64,000 nt of DNA, taken from NCBI GenBank assembly GCA_037441675.1, contig JBBIRS010000007.1, positions 43,679-107,678 of the forward strand. The letters run 5' to 3'. Made by a program: the position numbers and the translations under genes. The notes under the pieces were generated by a model, which was given only the letters and a program-made list of their open reading frames with translations, was not told where the DNA came from and searched no databases. This document shows positions 8,892 through 18,981 of this stretch, piece after piece. Position 1 is the stretch's first letter. Every line of letters begins with the position of its first letter. This DNA comes from Planctomycetales bacterium (GTDB lineage Bacteria > 4484-113).

Positions 8892-9848
8892 CTATAGCGG
8901 TTCTTCACCTGTCAAGTACGGAAGAATCGCCTTGAATTCATTAACGGTGCTGACGCCCTTGAGCTTCGCATTGGGAATAATCCTTGCGACCAAGTTTCTA
9001 AGCACTCTTCCCGGACCTAACTCAATGTAGGCATCCGGGGCAAGCTTGGAAATTGCCATCACTTCATCAACCCACATAACGGGCGCAGTTATTTGCTTTA
9101 TGAGATGGCTGGCGAACAGGCTTACGTCTTGAGGGTAAGCTTGAGCGGAGTAATTTGAAAAGATAGGCGCGCTTGGAGGCTTAAATTGCGTTTCTTGAAG
9201 ATATGGAGCAAGGGAATCGGCGCACTTTTGCATAAATCTTGAGTGGAAGGGTGCGCTTACGTTCAGCTCAATCACCCTCTTTGCACCGGCGGATTTTAGA
9301 GGTTCAATGCACCTTCCCACTGCGGTTCTTGCGCCGGATAAAACTATCTGCTCAGGCGAGTTGATATTGGCAATGTCTACAACATCTCTCTCGCTAGAGA
9401 ATTCTGAAATGACCGATGCAACTGTTTCCACATTAAGCCCGAGAACCGCTATCATCATTCCTCCGCCGACTGGCACAGCTTCCTGCATAAACTTTCCGCG
9501 CAGATGCACAAGCTGAACAGCACGAGAAAAATCAAGGGATCCAGAACAGGTGAGCGCAGTGTACTCGCCTAGCGAATGCCCCGCAAAGGCACATATTGCG
9601 CCATCTGGAATGAACTCGGATACGCATTGCCAGATGGCATAGCTCGCGGTTAGGATTGCCGGCTGGGCGTTCTCAGTTAAAGTTAGCGTTTCTGGAGGTC
9701 CTTCAAGGATTATCTTAGAAATGGGGTAAGCTAAAATTTCATCAGCTTGAGTGAAGGTATCCCGAACAACCTTGAACTCTTGATAAAAGTCGGAAGCCAT
9801 CCCAAATTCCTGCGAACCTTGACCCGGAAAGAGAATCGCTAGTTTCAT
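8892..9848 (-). CDS. fabD: Malonyl-CoA:ACP transacylase
   Basis: Motifs FPGQGSQ and GHSLGEY. Start placed at the ATG at 9848 (MKLAILFPGQGSQ), immediately after the fabH stop. The ORF-track start at 9881 is also possible. Confidence 0.9.
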   Translation of the reverse strand: MKLAILFPGQGSQEFGMASDFYQEFKVVRDTFTQADEILAYPISKIILEGPPETLTLTENAQPAILTASYAIWQCVSEFIPDGAICAFAGHSLGEYTALTCSGSLDFSRAVQLVHLRGKFMQEAVPVGGGMMIAVLGLNVETVASVISEFSSERDVVDIANINSPEQIVLSGARTAVGRCIEPLKSAGAKRVIELNVSAPFHSRFMQKCADSLAPYLQETQFKPPSAPIFSNYSAQAYPQDVSLFASHLIKQITAPVMWVDEVMAISKLAPDAYIELGPGRVLRNLVARIIPNAKLKGVSTVNEFKAILPYLTGEEPL

Positions 9849-9850
9849 AA

Positions 9851-10846
9851 TTAAGCCCAAATTAGAAATGCTGAAGCCCAACTAAGCCCAGCGCCAAATG
9901 CGAAGAAAACAATTTTGTCCCCGGGAGAGAGCTTTCCCGCGCGGTTCAACTCATCAAGGCATAACGGTATAGAAGCGGATGTTGTATTTCCGTATCGCTG
10001 AATGTTTAGGTAAACTTTCTCCTCTTCTACCCCTAGCCTTTCCCTTGTGCTCCTTATGATACGCTCATTAGCTTGATGACCTATGAACCATCTAACATCT
10101 TGAGGCTTGCAGTTTGCCTTTTTAAGAACTCGGTGAACCGTATCGTACATCATCCTAACCGCACGTTTGAAAACCTCCTGCCCTTCCATGTGGATGAAAT
10201 GTTCTTCGTTGGCGACCGTTTGGAGAGTGGGAGGTTTGACACTACCACCTGCGGGTTGATAAAGGATGCTGAATCCGCTTCCGTCGCTCCCCAGATCAAA
10301 GTACAGTAATCCACGAGGTTCCTTCTGAGCGGGACGAGCTTCCAAGTAACAGGCTGAGGCTGCATCTCCAAATAGGACGCAATGAGTCCTGTCTGTGAAG
10401 TTGGCAATCGCAGACATTACCTCCGAGCCTATCACTAAAGCGTTGTTAAACAGACCGTCCCGCAACATACTCGTGACGCAGGCGATAGCGTAGATAAACC
10501 CACTACAAGCAGCTTCAAGGTCAAAACAAGCGGATTTCACCGCACCTATTCTGCTTTGTATCACCGAAGCGGTTGAAGGGAAAATCCTATCAGGCGTTAC
10601 AGTGGGAACAACTATGAGCTCCACATCTTTTGCCTCAACTCCTGCCATTTCTAAGGCTTTTTTTGCTGCTTCAGCTCCCATAAATGAGTTCGTTTCTCCG
10701 GGGGATGCCAGACGACGCTCCTTTATGCCAGTCCTTGCTGTTATCCACTCATCAGATGTGTCAAGAACTTTAGCATAATCATCGTTGGTAAATACCCTTT
10801 TGGGCAAGTAGCTTCCAGTTCCGCGAATTACCACTTCAGTTTCCAT
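9851..10846 (-). CDS. fabH: 3-oxoacyl-ACP synthase III
   Basis: 331 aa. Active-site AACSGF, HQAN and GAGLSW motifs of KAS III. Confidence 0.9.
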   Translation of the reverse strand: METEVVIRGTGSYLPKRVFTNDDYAKVLDTSDEWITARTGIKERRLASPGETNSFMGAEAAKKALEMAGVEAKDVELIVVPTVTPDRIFPSTASVIQSRIGAVKSACFDLEAACSGFIYAIACVTSMLRDGLFNNALVIGSEVMSAIANFTDRTHCVLFGDAASACYLEARPAQKEPRGLLYFDLGSDGSGFSILYQPAGGSVKPPTLQTVANEEHFIHMEGQEVFKRAVRMMYDTVHRVLKKANCKPQDVRWFIGHQANERIIRSTRERLGVEEEKVYLNIQRYGNTTSASIPLCLDELNRAGKLSPGDKIVFFAFGAGLSWASAFLIWA

Positions 10847-10987
10847 AATTCCTCCAAAAAATTTGGAAAACTAGCTAGGGAAAACTAGGGAGGCTAATAA
10901 CTCATAATCCTAACTAAACCCTTATTATACGACCTAGATAGAAATAATGAAGCAATTAGGATAGAGCTCGGATAGACACTAAGAAAG

Positions 10988-12070
10988 TTAGGTACTACTT
11001 GCGTATATGGTTGGGATAGGATGCTTTGACATTTCAGCTTCAAGGCGCCCACTAATATCCTCCTCAATCATTCTAATCGCAAACCTGATGGCATTTTTGA
11101 TTGCGTTGGCGTCGCTTCTACCATGGCAAATGACAACATTTCCACGAACACCAAGTAGCGGTGCCCCACCCCACTCGCTGTAATCTAATCTCTTTCTTAT
11201 TCGCTTAACGACCGCTCCGAAGAGAAGTTTTACAGCCAGAGCGCTTAAGAGATTTTTCCTGAACTCATCTTTCATCATTTTGTATAACGCCTGGGCTAGC
11301 CCTTCGGCGAACTTCAATAGCACGTTGCCAATAAAACCGTCGCACACCATTACGTCCACGTTCCCCTGCATTAAAGTTTGACCTTCCACGTAACCAAAAA
11401 AGTTTAACGATGGGTCCGACTTTAGAAGCTTGTACGCCTCTCTAACCACCGCGTTACCCTTGTAGTCTTCGCTTCCATTGCTAAGCAGAGCAATTCTTGG
11501 ATTCTCTCTCTTAAATATTCGCTCCACGTAAACCTTACCAATATGAGCCAATTGATAAAGGTGATGAGGTCGGAGGTCAACATGCGCGCCGGCATCTAAA
11601 TAGAACAGCGTTCTTTTGAGGGTTGGAAGTGGCGTGACTATTGGAGGTCTTTCCACCGATTTCAGCCTGCCCAGCACAAAAAGTGATGTGGTCATTACAA
11701 GACCCGTGTTTCCTGCGGATATAAATGCACCTCCTCGCTCCTTGAGTAAATTCAAACCAACGCTTATTGGATTTTCCGGGTAATCTTTGTATACCTGAAC
11801 TGGGCTTTCTATTCTTTGGGGAAGTTTGTTCCTGCTTTCATGAAAGTCTAACGTTACTCCTAATCTTTTTACTATGGGAAACAGACGTTTCTCTGCTAAT
11901 CTCTTAATCTGAGCAACATCTGAGCTGACTAAACAAAGGGTAATCGGCTTATCAAGGCTTTCAACCGCCAAAGCACATCCTCTAAGAACTTCACCAATTC
12001 CCAATTCGGGAGTCTCAACGTCTAGTATTACCGTTTGCATATTTTGCTTGTTAGAATTATAGTTTAACAC
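10988..12070 (-). CDS. plsX: Phosphate:acyl-ACP acyltransferase
   Basis: 360 aa with the PlsX fold (DAGAHVD, CDGFIGNVLLK). GTG start at 12070, with an alternative ATG at 12040. Sits upstream of fabH-fabD in the classical order. Confidence 0.85.
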   Translation of the reverse strand: MLNYNSNKQNMQTVILDVETPELGIGEVLRGCALAVESLDKPITLCLVSSDVAQIKRLAEKRLFPIVKRLGVTLDFHESRNKLPQRIESPVQVYKDYPENPISVGLNLLKERGGAFISAGNTGLVMTTSLFVLGRLKSVERPPIVTPLPTLKRTLFYLDAGAHVDLRPHHLYQLAHIGKVYVERIFKRENPRIALLSNGSEDYKGNAVVREAYKLLKSDPSLNFFGYVEGQTLMQGNVDVMVCDGFIGNVLLKFAEGLAQALYKMMKDEFRKNLLSALAVKLLFGAVVKRIRKRLDYSEWGGAPLLGVRGNVVICHGRSDANAIKNAIRFAIRMIEEDISGRLEAEMSKHPIPTIYASST

Positions 12071-12119
12071 TTTGAATTATCTGCGAAGAGAGTAGTTTGA
12101 ATTATAAACACAAAATTAA

Positions 12120-12563
12120 ATGATAGAACATACATCATCAGGAACGGTAGTAGTTAAATCAGGTTTACCTCCAAAAGTTCTCATCATTAAGGTTGAGCGC
12201 AAGAATGGAACCTTTTGGGGATTACCGAAGGGTCATGTTGACGATGGGGAGAGCTTGCTTGATGCCGCAATTAGAGAAACGGTGGAAGAAACGGGCATTC
12301 CCCCGAATCTATTAAAACCACTCTGCTATTTGGATAGAATAACTTACGAGTTTTACACGTATGAGGATGGCAAACCTACTTTGAATACAAAGGAGGTTCA
12401 CTTTTTCTTGCTTGAAACTAGCAATCTTGCTGAAGCAATTTCGCCGTCAATGGAGGAATTCATTTTTGACTATAGGTGGGTAACATTTAAGGAGGCAATG
12501 GAACTAACTACTTTTGAGAATTATCGAAAAATATTAAAAAGAGCAGAAATTGCTTTTTTTTAA
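12120..12563 (+). CDS. NUDIX hydrolase
   Basis: 147 aa. The Nudix box GHVDDGESLLDAAIRETVEETGI matches Gx5Ex7REUxEExGU. Confidence 0.8.
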   Translation: MIEHTSSGTVVVKSGLPPKVLIIKVERKNGTFWGLPKGHVDDGESLLDAAIRETVEETGIPPNLLKPLCYLDRITYEFYTYEDGKPTLNTKEVHFFLLETSNLAEAISPSMEEFIFDYRWVTFKEAMELTTFENYRKILKRAEIAFF

Positions 12564-12634
12564 TGAAAGATAAACATTAAAATCCTGATTTTAGGGTAGA
12601 ATAGTAGTTAAGAGGAAGCCCTTGGGCTTCAGAG

Positions 12635-13822
12635 GTGAAATCTTTTCCCGCTGGCACTGAGGTGAAATTCCCACTTTCTAAGAATAGGGTTATTCAACTA
12701 GCATTAGGATTTGACGATGTTTCCCTCGTTCCCTCTACCACGAGCGTTGACCCGAGAGATGTTGATGTTTCCTTTAGCATTGCGGATTTTAGCTTCAAGA
12801 TACCAATAATCGCTAGCGCTATGGATGCTGTGAGCAGTCCTGATTTCGCAATTTTGTATCATAAACTTGGAGGACTTGCGGTTATAAACCTTGAGGGCAT
12901 CTTCACAAGATATGAGGATCCCACTAATGCCCTAAACGCCATTGCGGAAGCTAGCGATGAAGATGCAACTAGAATTCTGCAGGAGATTTACCGCGAACCT
13001 GTCAAGCCCAACTTGATTGAGGCGGTCATCAAGAGGATTAAGGATGGTGAAGCGCTTGCTGCAGGAAGCTTAACCCCTAGAGCTACGAGAGATTATGGAA
13101 AATTCGCGGTGAGCGCTGGACTTGATTTGCTCTTCGTCCAGTCCACTGTTACAACTCCTAACTACATTTCCACTCATACAAAGGCTCTCTCAATTGCTGA
13201 ACTAACTAGCAATCTTGGAGTACCGGTTCTTGTTGGAAACTGCGTAAGTTATGAGGTTGGATATGAGCTTTTTTCTGCTGGGGCTATCGGAGTTATGGTT
13301 GGTATCGGACCTGGCGAAGCCTGCACAACGCGGGCGGTCACCGGGGTTGGACTGCCCCAGATAACCGCCACCATTGAAGTTGCGGAAGCTAGGAACGACT
13401 TTGAGAAAAAGACAGGCAAGAGTGTGCTTGTTATTACTGATGGTGGAATGAGAAATGGTGGGCAGATGGCAAAAGCGCTCGCTGCTGGCGCGGACGCAAT
13501 TATGGTCGGCTCAATCTTTGCAGGCTGTCCCGAAACTCCTGCTGCGCCATTCCACTGGGGAATGGCAACTCCGGATCCGAATTTGCCCCGTGGAACCCGC
13601 GTGAGAGTTTCTAAGGAAGTTTCTCTGGAAAAGCTACTTTTTGGGCCCACTTCCAAAACTGATGGCAGTGAAAACTTAATCGGATGCATAACAGCTTCAA
13701 TGAGCATGTGTGGCGCTAGAAACATTAAAGAATTCCACAACACCCAACTCGCATGCTCTCTTAGCTTTCTTTCCGAAGGCAAAAGCCTTCAGTACTCCCA
13801 ACGTCTAGGTATGGGAGGGTAG
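12635..13822 (+). CDS. IMP dehydrogenase-family protein lacking the CBS (Bateman) subdomain (GuaB3-like)
   Basis: 395 aa. N-terminal GFDDVSLVP...IIASAMD and the catalytic-loop-like GIGPGEACTTR of the IMPDH/GMPR TIM barrel. No CBS pair. No RY flap dyad recognised. GTG start is uncertain. Confidence 0.7.
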   Translation: MKSFPAGTEVKFPLSKNRVIQLALGFDDVSLVPSTTSVDPRDVDVSFSIADFSFKIPIIASAMDAVSSPDFAILYHKLGGLAVINLEGIFTRYEDPTNALNAIAEASDEDATRILQEIYREPVKPNLIEAVIKRIKDGEALAAGSLTPRATRDYGKFAVSAGLDLLFVQSTVTTPNYISTHTKALSIAELTSNLGVPVLVGNCVSYEVGYELFSAGAIGVMVGIGPGEACTTRAVTGVGLPQITATIEVAEARNDFEKKTGKSVLVITDGGMRNGGQMAKALAAGADAIMVGSIFAGCPETPAAPFHWGMATPDPNLPRGTRVRVSKEVSLEKLLFGPTSKTDGSENLIGCITASMSMCGARNIKEFHNTQLACSLSFLSEGKSLQYSQRLGMGG

Positions 13823-13823
13823 C

Positions 13824-15368
13824 TTGGAAACTAAACAAAAAATTATCGTCATAGACCTTGGCTCTCAGTACACCCAGCTAATCGCGAGAAGAATTCGCGA
13901 ACTTAACGTCTATTCTGAAATCAAACCATCAAACATTACTTTAGAGGAGCTTCTTAGAGAAAAGCCGATTGGCGTTATTCTCTCTGGTGGACCCGCAAGT
14001 GTTTATGACCCTAAATCGCCTAAGATTGATAGACAAATTCTTGACGCGGATGTTCCTATTCTTGGGATTTGTTATGGCCTCCAGCTAATCGCGCACATCC
14101 TAGGTGGAAGAGTTGAAAGAGCCAAGGCTAGCGAGTTCGGTAAAACTGAACTTAAATTGCTTCATCCAACCAGCAAGATTTTCCGCGGGCTGAACCCCGA
14201 GCTTATCTGCTGGATGAGTCACTCAGACGTCGTGGTTTCACCTCCTAAGGGCTTTATCACTACCTCCTGCACCTATAACACGCCAGTTGCTTCTATGGAG
14301 AATGAGGAGGGAAAACTCTACGGCGTGCAGTTTCACCCTGAGGTCACTCATACCCCTTGGGGCATTGAACTTATTAGAATGTTTCTTTATGACATTTGTG
14401 GAGCTAGGGGGGATTGGAAGGTAACTTCTATTATCGAAGATGCGGTGGAAACTATTAAGGAAAGAGTTAAGGACGCTAAAGCCCTTTGCGCCATATCGGG
14501 GGGTATTGATTCGCTTACCACCGCTGTCCTAGCACAAAGAGCCATTGGTGAACAGCTTTTCTGCATCTTCGTGGATCATGGCCTTATGCGTCTAAATGAG
14601 GCGGATCAGGTTGAGAGCGTATTCAAGAAGCAGTTCAAAGCTAACTTCAGAAGGGTGAATGCATCCTCAAGGTTTTTAAGAAAACTCCGAGGGGTTACAG
14701 ACCCCGAGAAGAAGAGAAGGATAATTGGAAGGGAGTTCATAAGGATTTTTGAGGAGGAAGCAAGGAAGATTAAGGGAATTCGCTACATGGCTCAGGGAAC
14801 TATCTACCCTGATGTGATAGAAAGCAGAGGAGTCGGTGGACACGCTAGGGTTATCAAGAGCCACCATAACGTTGGCGGGCTTCCTAAGAAGATGAAACTA
14901 AAGTTGATTGAACCTCTGAGAAATCTCTTTAAGGACGAGGTAAGAAAACTTGCCCTTGAGCTTGGAGTTCCAGAGGCAATCGTGAATAGACAGCCATTCC
15001 CTGGACCAGGACTCGCAATTAGAATAATTGGAACGGTAACGAGAGAAAAGATCAAAATTTTACAAAAGGCGGACGCGATAATTCAAGAGGAGCTTTCGCG
15101 CTCTGAAATTTACACAGACATTGCACAAGCCTTCGGCGTTTTACCCTCCGTGAAAACTGTCGGAGTTATGGGGGATAATCGCACCTACGGCTTTCCGATA
15201 ATTCTGAGAATTGTTACCACAACTGATTGGATGACCGCTGATTGGGCTAAAATCCCTTACCCCGTGCTTGAAAGAATAAGCAATCGTATAATAAATGAGG
15301 TGGAACAGGTAAATCGGGTCGCATATGACATTAGCAGTAAGCCTCCTGCGACAATTGAATGGGAGTAA
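13824..15368 (+). CDS. guaA: GMP synthase (glutamine-hydrolysing)
   Basis: 514 aa. Class I GATase (GICYGLQL) plus ATP-pyrophosphatase SGGIDS motif and a C-terminal dimerisation domain. Confidence 0.9.
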   Translation: METKQKIIVIDLGSQYTQLIARRIRELNVYSEIKPSNITLEELLREKPIGVILSGGPASVYDPKSPKIDRQILDADVPILGICYGLQLIAHILGGRVERAKASEFGKTELKLLHPTSKIFRGLNPELICWMSHSDVVVSPPKGFITTSCTYNTPVASMENEEGKLYGVQFHPEVTHTPWGIELIRMFLYDICGARGDWKVTSIIEDAVETIKERVKDAKALCAISGGIDSLTTAVLAQRAIGEQLFCIFVDHGLMRLNEADQVESVFKKQFKANFRRVNASSRFLRKLRGVTDPEKKRRIIGREFIRIFEEEARKIKGIRYMAQGTIYPDVIESRGVGGHARVIKSHHNVGGLPKKMKLKLIEPLRNLFKDEVRKLALELGVPEAIVNRQPFPGPGLAIRIIGTVTREKIKILQKADAIIQEELSRSEIYTDIAQAFGVLPSVKTVGVMGDNRTYGFPIILRIVTTTDWMTADWAKIPYPVLERISNRIINEVEQVNRVAYDISSKPPATIEWE

Positions 15369-15432
15369 TTTATTTTCGCGGTATAAATCGCGAAAGACAA
15401 AAGATTTTGATAAAAGATTTTGTTGAAATCAG

Positions 15433-15966
15433 ATGAAAATGATAAAGGTACCTGAACATTTCAAGCTTATACTCAGCGCGGAGCAGATTGAGCGGAGGGT
15501 TCGAGAGCTTGCGCAAGAAATTTCAAAGGCGCATAAGGGGAAGACATTGCACCTTGTTGGCGTGCTTAAGGGCGCAACTGTCTTCTTGGCAGACCTCTCT
15601 AGAAAACTGACCATTCCAACAACAATGGACTTTCTCGCAGTTGCAAGCTATGGTGATTCAACTGAAAGTAGCGGGATTGTTCGGATGGTCAAGGATTTGG
15701 ATCATCCCATTGAAAGCAGAGACGTGATGATTGTTGAGGATATTGTGGATACTGGCTTGACGCTAAAGTATATTCAGGAAGTTCTGCGCGGAAGGAAAGT
15801 CGCATCATTAAAGGTCTGCACCCTTCTCGATAGGCCCGATAGAAGAAAGGTGCCAGTCAATGTGGATTATATAGGCTTCACCATCGCGGATAAGTATGTA
15901 GTTGGGTATGGGCTTGATTTTGAGCAAAAGTGGAGACACCTGCCGGGAATATACACTATAGAATAG
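15433..15966 (+). CDS. hpt: Hypoxanthine(-guanine) phosphoribosyltransferase
   Basis: 177 aa. PRPP-binding motif VMIVEDIVDTGLTL and the HPRT N-terminal region. Confidence 0.85.
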   Translation: MKMIKVPEHFKLILSAEQIERRVRELAQEISKAHKGKTLHLVGVLKGATVFLADLSRKLTIPTTMDFLAVASYGDSTESSGIVRMVKDLDHPIESRDVMIVEDIVDTGLTLKYIQEVLRGRKVASLKVCTLLDRPDRRKVPVNVDYIGFTIADKYVVGYGLDFEQKWRHLPGIYTIE

Positions 15967-16004
15967 TTGTCAACTTGAGAGGGTATATAAAGTTGTCCCC
16001 TCAT

Positions 16005-16103
16005 GGTGAAACATTCAGGGTGAATCATTCAATCTTAAACATTTAGGGTGAAGCGTTCAGGATGTTCCCTTCAGAGTTAAAATTCTTGGTGAAGCCTTGC
16101 AGA
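16005..16103 (+). repeat. Tandem array of a degenerate 14-mer (consensus GGTGAAnCnTTCAG), about 7 units, in the rho leader
   Basis: Units ggtgaaacattcag, ggtgaatcattcaa, tcttaaacatttag, ggtgaagcgttcag, gatgttcccttcag, agttaaaattcttg, ggtgaagccttgcag, with 14-nt phasing. The junctions form palindromes ATTCAgggTGAAT. Confidence 0.5.
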
Positions 16104-16297
16104 GTGTTCTTGGAAATATTGAGTAGAATTTACTAAATGTTGGTTTATCGGGTATAATATTTACGTCTACACAGTTCTCCCGTAGCAACTTGCAAATGGA
16201 AGAGGATAAATTCTGGTCAACTTTCCCCAAAGTCCGTTAAAGGGTGAAGAGCAAATCTGCGAAAAATTCCCGATAAAGAAATTTGAGGTGAGTAGCA

Positions 16298-17953
16298 ATG
16301 GATTTAATTGTCAACAAAGAGTTAAACAGAGAAACCCTTGAGGCTCGCCCATTGGATGAGCTTCAAGAGCTGGCAAAGAAGTTGGAGATTAAGAACGTCA
16401 AGAAATACCGAAAGGATGAGCTTATTGACGAAATCTTAACACGTGGGTCAGCTTTAGATGCCACACAAAAAATTGAGACCCACCCTAGAAGGGTCGTTGC
16501 CCATCTAGAGTCAATTCCATTGACCGCTAATTTGGGAGAGCCTACTGCACCGGTAAGCGATAAGGTTTTCCCCCAAATACCTGAAAAGCAAGAGAAACCT
16601 AAGGAGGAAGCTCAAGAGCAATTGTCCCCAGAGGAAGTTAAAACAGAGGAAGTTAAGGTGGAAGTAAGCCAAACAAAAGAAGAAGAAAAAGTTGAAGAGG
16701 CAAAAGAAACTCCCCCCAAGGAAAAAGAAGAACCAAAAAAGGCAGTCACTCAAGGCAACAACCATAAGCAGGCGGTTTTCAAGGGTCATAGTAAACGCGA
16801 TGCCCATCCATCTGGTTCCGTGCAGGATGACTTGGAGCATTCTTTCTTCCAGAAAGGTATTCTTGAAATAGTATCGGATAACAACTACGGATTCTTGCGA
16901 CAGAAGCACTTCCGCTTTGGCAACGATGACATCTATGCCTCCCTATCGCAGATCAAGAAATTTGGGCTTCGAACCGGCGACTTGGTTAGCGGATATGTGA
17001 GACCTCCGAGAAATGGGGAGAGATATCCGAGTCTGGTGAAAATAGAGGCAATCAATGATAGACCCCCTGATGAAGCTAGGAGACGTCCCCAGTTTGAAGA
17101 CCTAGTTCCTATTTATCCAAACAAGCGACTGTTGCTGGAGGATGACCCAAAAGACGCATCAACTAGGTTGATAGATCTGTTTTCGCCAATTGGGCTTGGG
17201 CAGAGAGGCATCATCGTGGCAAAACCTAAGGCTGGGAAAACTATTCTTCTGAAGAAAATCGCAACTTCCATAGCCCATAATCATCCCGAGGTTGAGTTAA
17301 TTGCTCTTCTCGTGGATGAGAGGCCGGAAGAGGTTACAGACTTTCAGAGAACGATTAAGGGTGAGGTGGTGGCATCAACCTTTGATGAAAAGGTGGAGAA
17401 CCATATTGAAGTCGCAGAGCTTGTAATTGAATACGCAAAAAGAAAGGTTGAGCGAGAAAAGCACGTGATGATTCTGCTTGATTCACTCACGAGGATGGCG
17501 CGAGCTTATAACTTAACCTGCCCGCCGAGTGGAAAAACGTTGTCCGGTGGACTAGACCCTAACGCGCTTAGAGGTCCTAAGAGTTTTCTTGGAGCTGCAA
17601 GAAATATTGAGAACGGTGGCTCCCTCACCATTATCGCTACCGCATTGGTTGAAACCGGCTCCCGCCTTGATGACATTATCTTTGAAGAGTTTAAGGGAAC
17701 CGCCAATATGGAAATCCACCTCTCAAGAGAACTGGCGGATAAGCGAATCTTCCCCGCAATTGACATTATGAAGAGCGGAACAAGACACGAGGAGCTCCTC
17801 TACAACGCTGAAGAGCTTGACGTTGTTTGGAAGCTAAGAAAGATGGTGGCGGATATGGATGAGGCGGATAGAATGAACAGGTTGATTACTAAGCTCCTAC
17901 AGACAAAATCTAACGTTGAGCTTCTTTACCTCGTTCATAAAGCGACTGAGTAG
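16298..17953 (+). CDS. rho: Transcription termination factor Rho with N-terminal insertion domain
   Basis: 551 aa. Rho_N, then a roughly 90-aa K/E-rich insertion, an OB/CSD RNA-binding domain (FGLRTGD) and a RecA-like ATPase (Walker A GQRGIIVAKPKAGKT). Confidence 0.9.
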   Translation: MDLIVNKELNRETLEARPLDELQELAKKLEIKNVKKYRKDELIDEILTRGSALDATQKIETHPRRVVAHLESIPLTANLGEPTAPVSDKVFPQIPEKQEKPKEEAQEQLSPEEVKTEEVKVEVSQTKEEEKVEEAKETPPKEKEEPKKAVTQGNNHKQAVFKGHSKRDAHPSGSVQDDLEHSFFQKGILEIVSDNNYGFLRQKHFRFGNDDIYASLSQIKKFGLRTGDLVSGYVRPPRNGERYPSLVKIEAINDRPPDEARRRPQFEDLVPIYPNKRLLLEDDPKDASTRLIDLFSPIGLGQRGIIVAKPKAGKTILLKKIATSIAHNHPEVELIALLVDERPEEVTDFQRTIKGEVVASTFDEKVENHIEVAELVIEYAKRKVEREKHVMILLDSLTRMARAYNLTCPPSGKTLSGGLDPNALRGPKSFLGAARNIENGGSLTIIATALVETGSRLDDIIFEEFKGTANMEIHLSRELADKRIFPAIDIMKSGTRHEELLYNAEELDVVWKLRKMVADMDEADRMNRLITKLLQTKSNVELLYLVHKATE

Positions 17954-18090
17954 TCGGCTTCTCGCTTTATGATGCGTAAATTCTGCATTGATTTTATCGT
18001 ATTGATAGCGGAGCTTGCGCGCCTTTAGGGCAAAACTCTTGAAGTAGAGAAGCTCTTTTTAATCTTCATATATAATCTGATTGTATTCAC

Positions 18091-18909
18091 GTGGTTAGCT
18101 TCGGGAATGAAAAGAGAATATTTGGCGTTATTCTTGCTGGCGGAAAATGTCCTTCCTCTCTTGAGAAGAGAACTAACGTTAGCTATAAAGCTTTAATTCA
18201 AATTGCGGGCAAGCCACTTCTTAAGTTTATTCTTGATGCTTTTAATGCCCTTCCGTGGGAAAAACATATCTTACTTGTTTGCGATAAGTCCTGCGGGTAC
18301 TTTGCCCATGAGGAAGCACCCACCCTCAAGATTCTTGATGGGACTTTTTCTGTTCCAGATGCTCTTGAAAGAGCAACTAGCTGGTTCCAAGATGAATTCG
18401 GGGAAGACATTCTTGAGGAGAACCTGGTGGTATCTTCCTGCGACATTCCCTTCGTAACGGGAGATATACTCAAAGAGATTATCACGGAGGGCGAAAAGTT
18501 AGATGCGGACTTGGTCTGGCCAATTGCAGAGAGGAGAAACGTTGAAGCGAAGTTCCAAGGATGCAAAAGAACATACGTAAAAACAAAAGAGGGCACTTTC
18601 ACTGGCGGAAACATTTTTCTTGTAAGGCCAAGGGTGATTATCAACAAGCTTGCTCTATTTAGAAGACTCTTCGCACACAGGAAAAATCCTCTTGCAATGG
18701 CGTCAATTTTTGGACCAAGTCTAGTGATGAAATTGCTCTTTACAGGGATTTCCATTCCTGATATGGAGAGGGATATGGGTGCAAGGCTTGGAGTAAAACT
18801 GCGCGCATTAATCACGCCTCATTCAGAGGTTGCGGTAGACCTTGACAAGGTTTCTGATTTTGAAATGATGGAAAGGCTGTTCCGTGAGGAGAAAGCGTTA
18901 AATAAGTAG
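18091..18909 (+). CDS. MobA-like NTP-transferase (nucleotidyltransferase) domain protein
   Basis: 272 aa. N-terminal GVILAGGK nucleotide-binding loop and a CDIPFV motif typical of MobA/CofC-type guanylyl/cytidylyltransferases. Start codon is uncertain. Confidence 0.55.
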   Translation: MVSFGNEKRIFGVILAGGKCPSSLEKRTNVSYKALIQIAGKPLLKFILDAFNALPWEKHILLVCDKSCGYFAHEEAPTLKILDGTFSVPDALERATSWFQDEFGEDILEENLVVSSCDIPFVTGDILKEIITEGEKLDADLVWPIAERRNVEAKFQGCKRTYVKTKEGTFTGGNIFLVRPRVIINKLALFRRLFAHRKNPLAMASIFGPSLVMKLLFTGISIPDMERDMGARLGVKLRALITPHSEVAVDLDKVSDFEMMERLFREEKALNK

Positions 18910-18981
18910 TATTCATTATGCGTAATGTTCATTATGAGTATTATTCCTTCTCTAAATGTTCTATAATTTATAGAGGGGGAT

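Noticed and set aside
16511-16909. 132-aa Phe/Leu-rich minus-strand ORF inside rho
   Set aside because: It is the antisense shadow of the K/E-rich Rho insertion domain.
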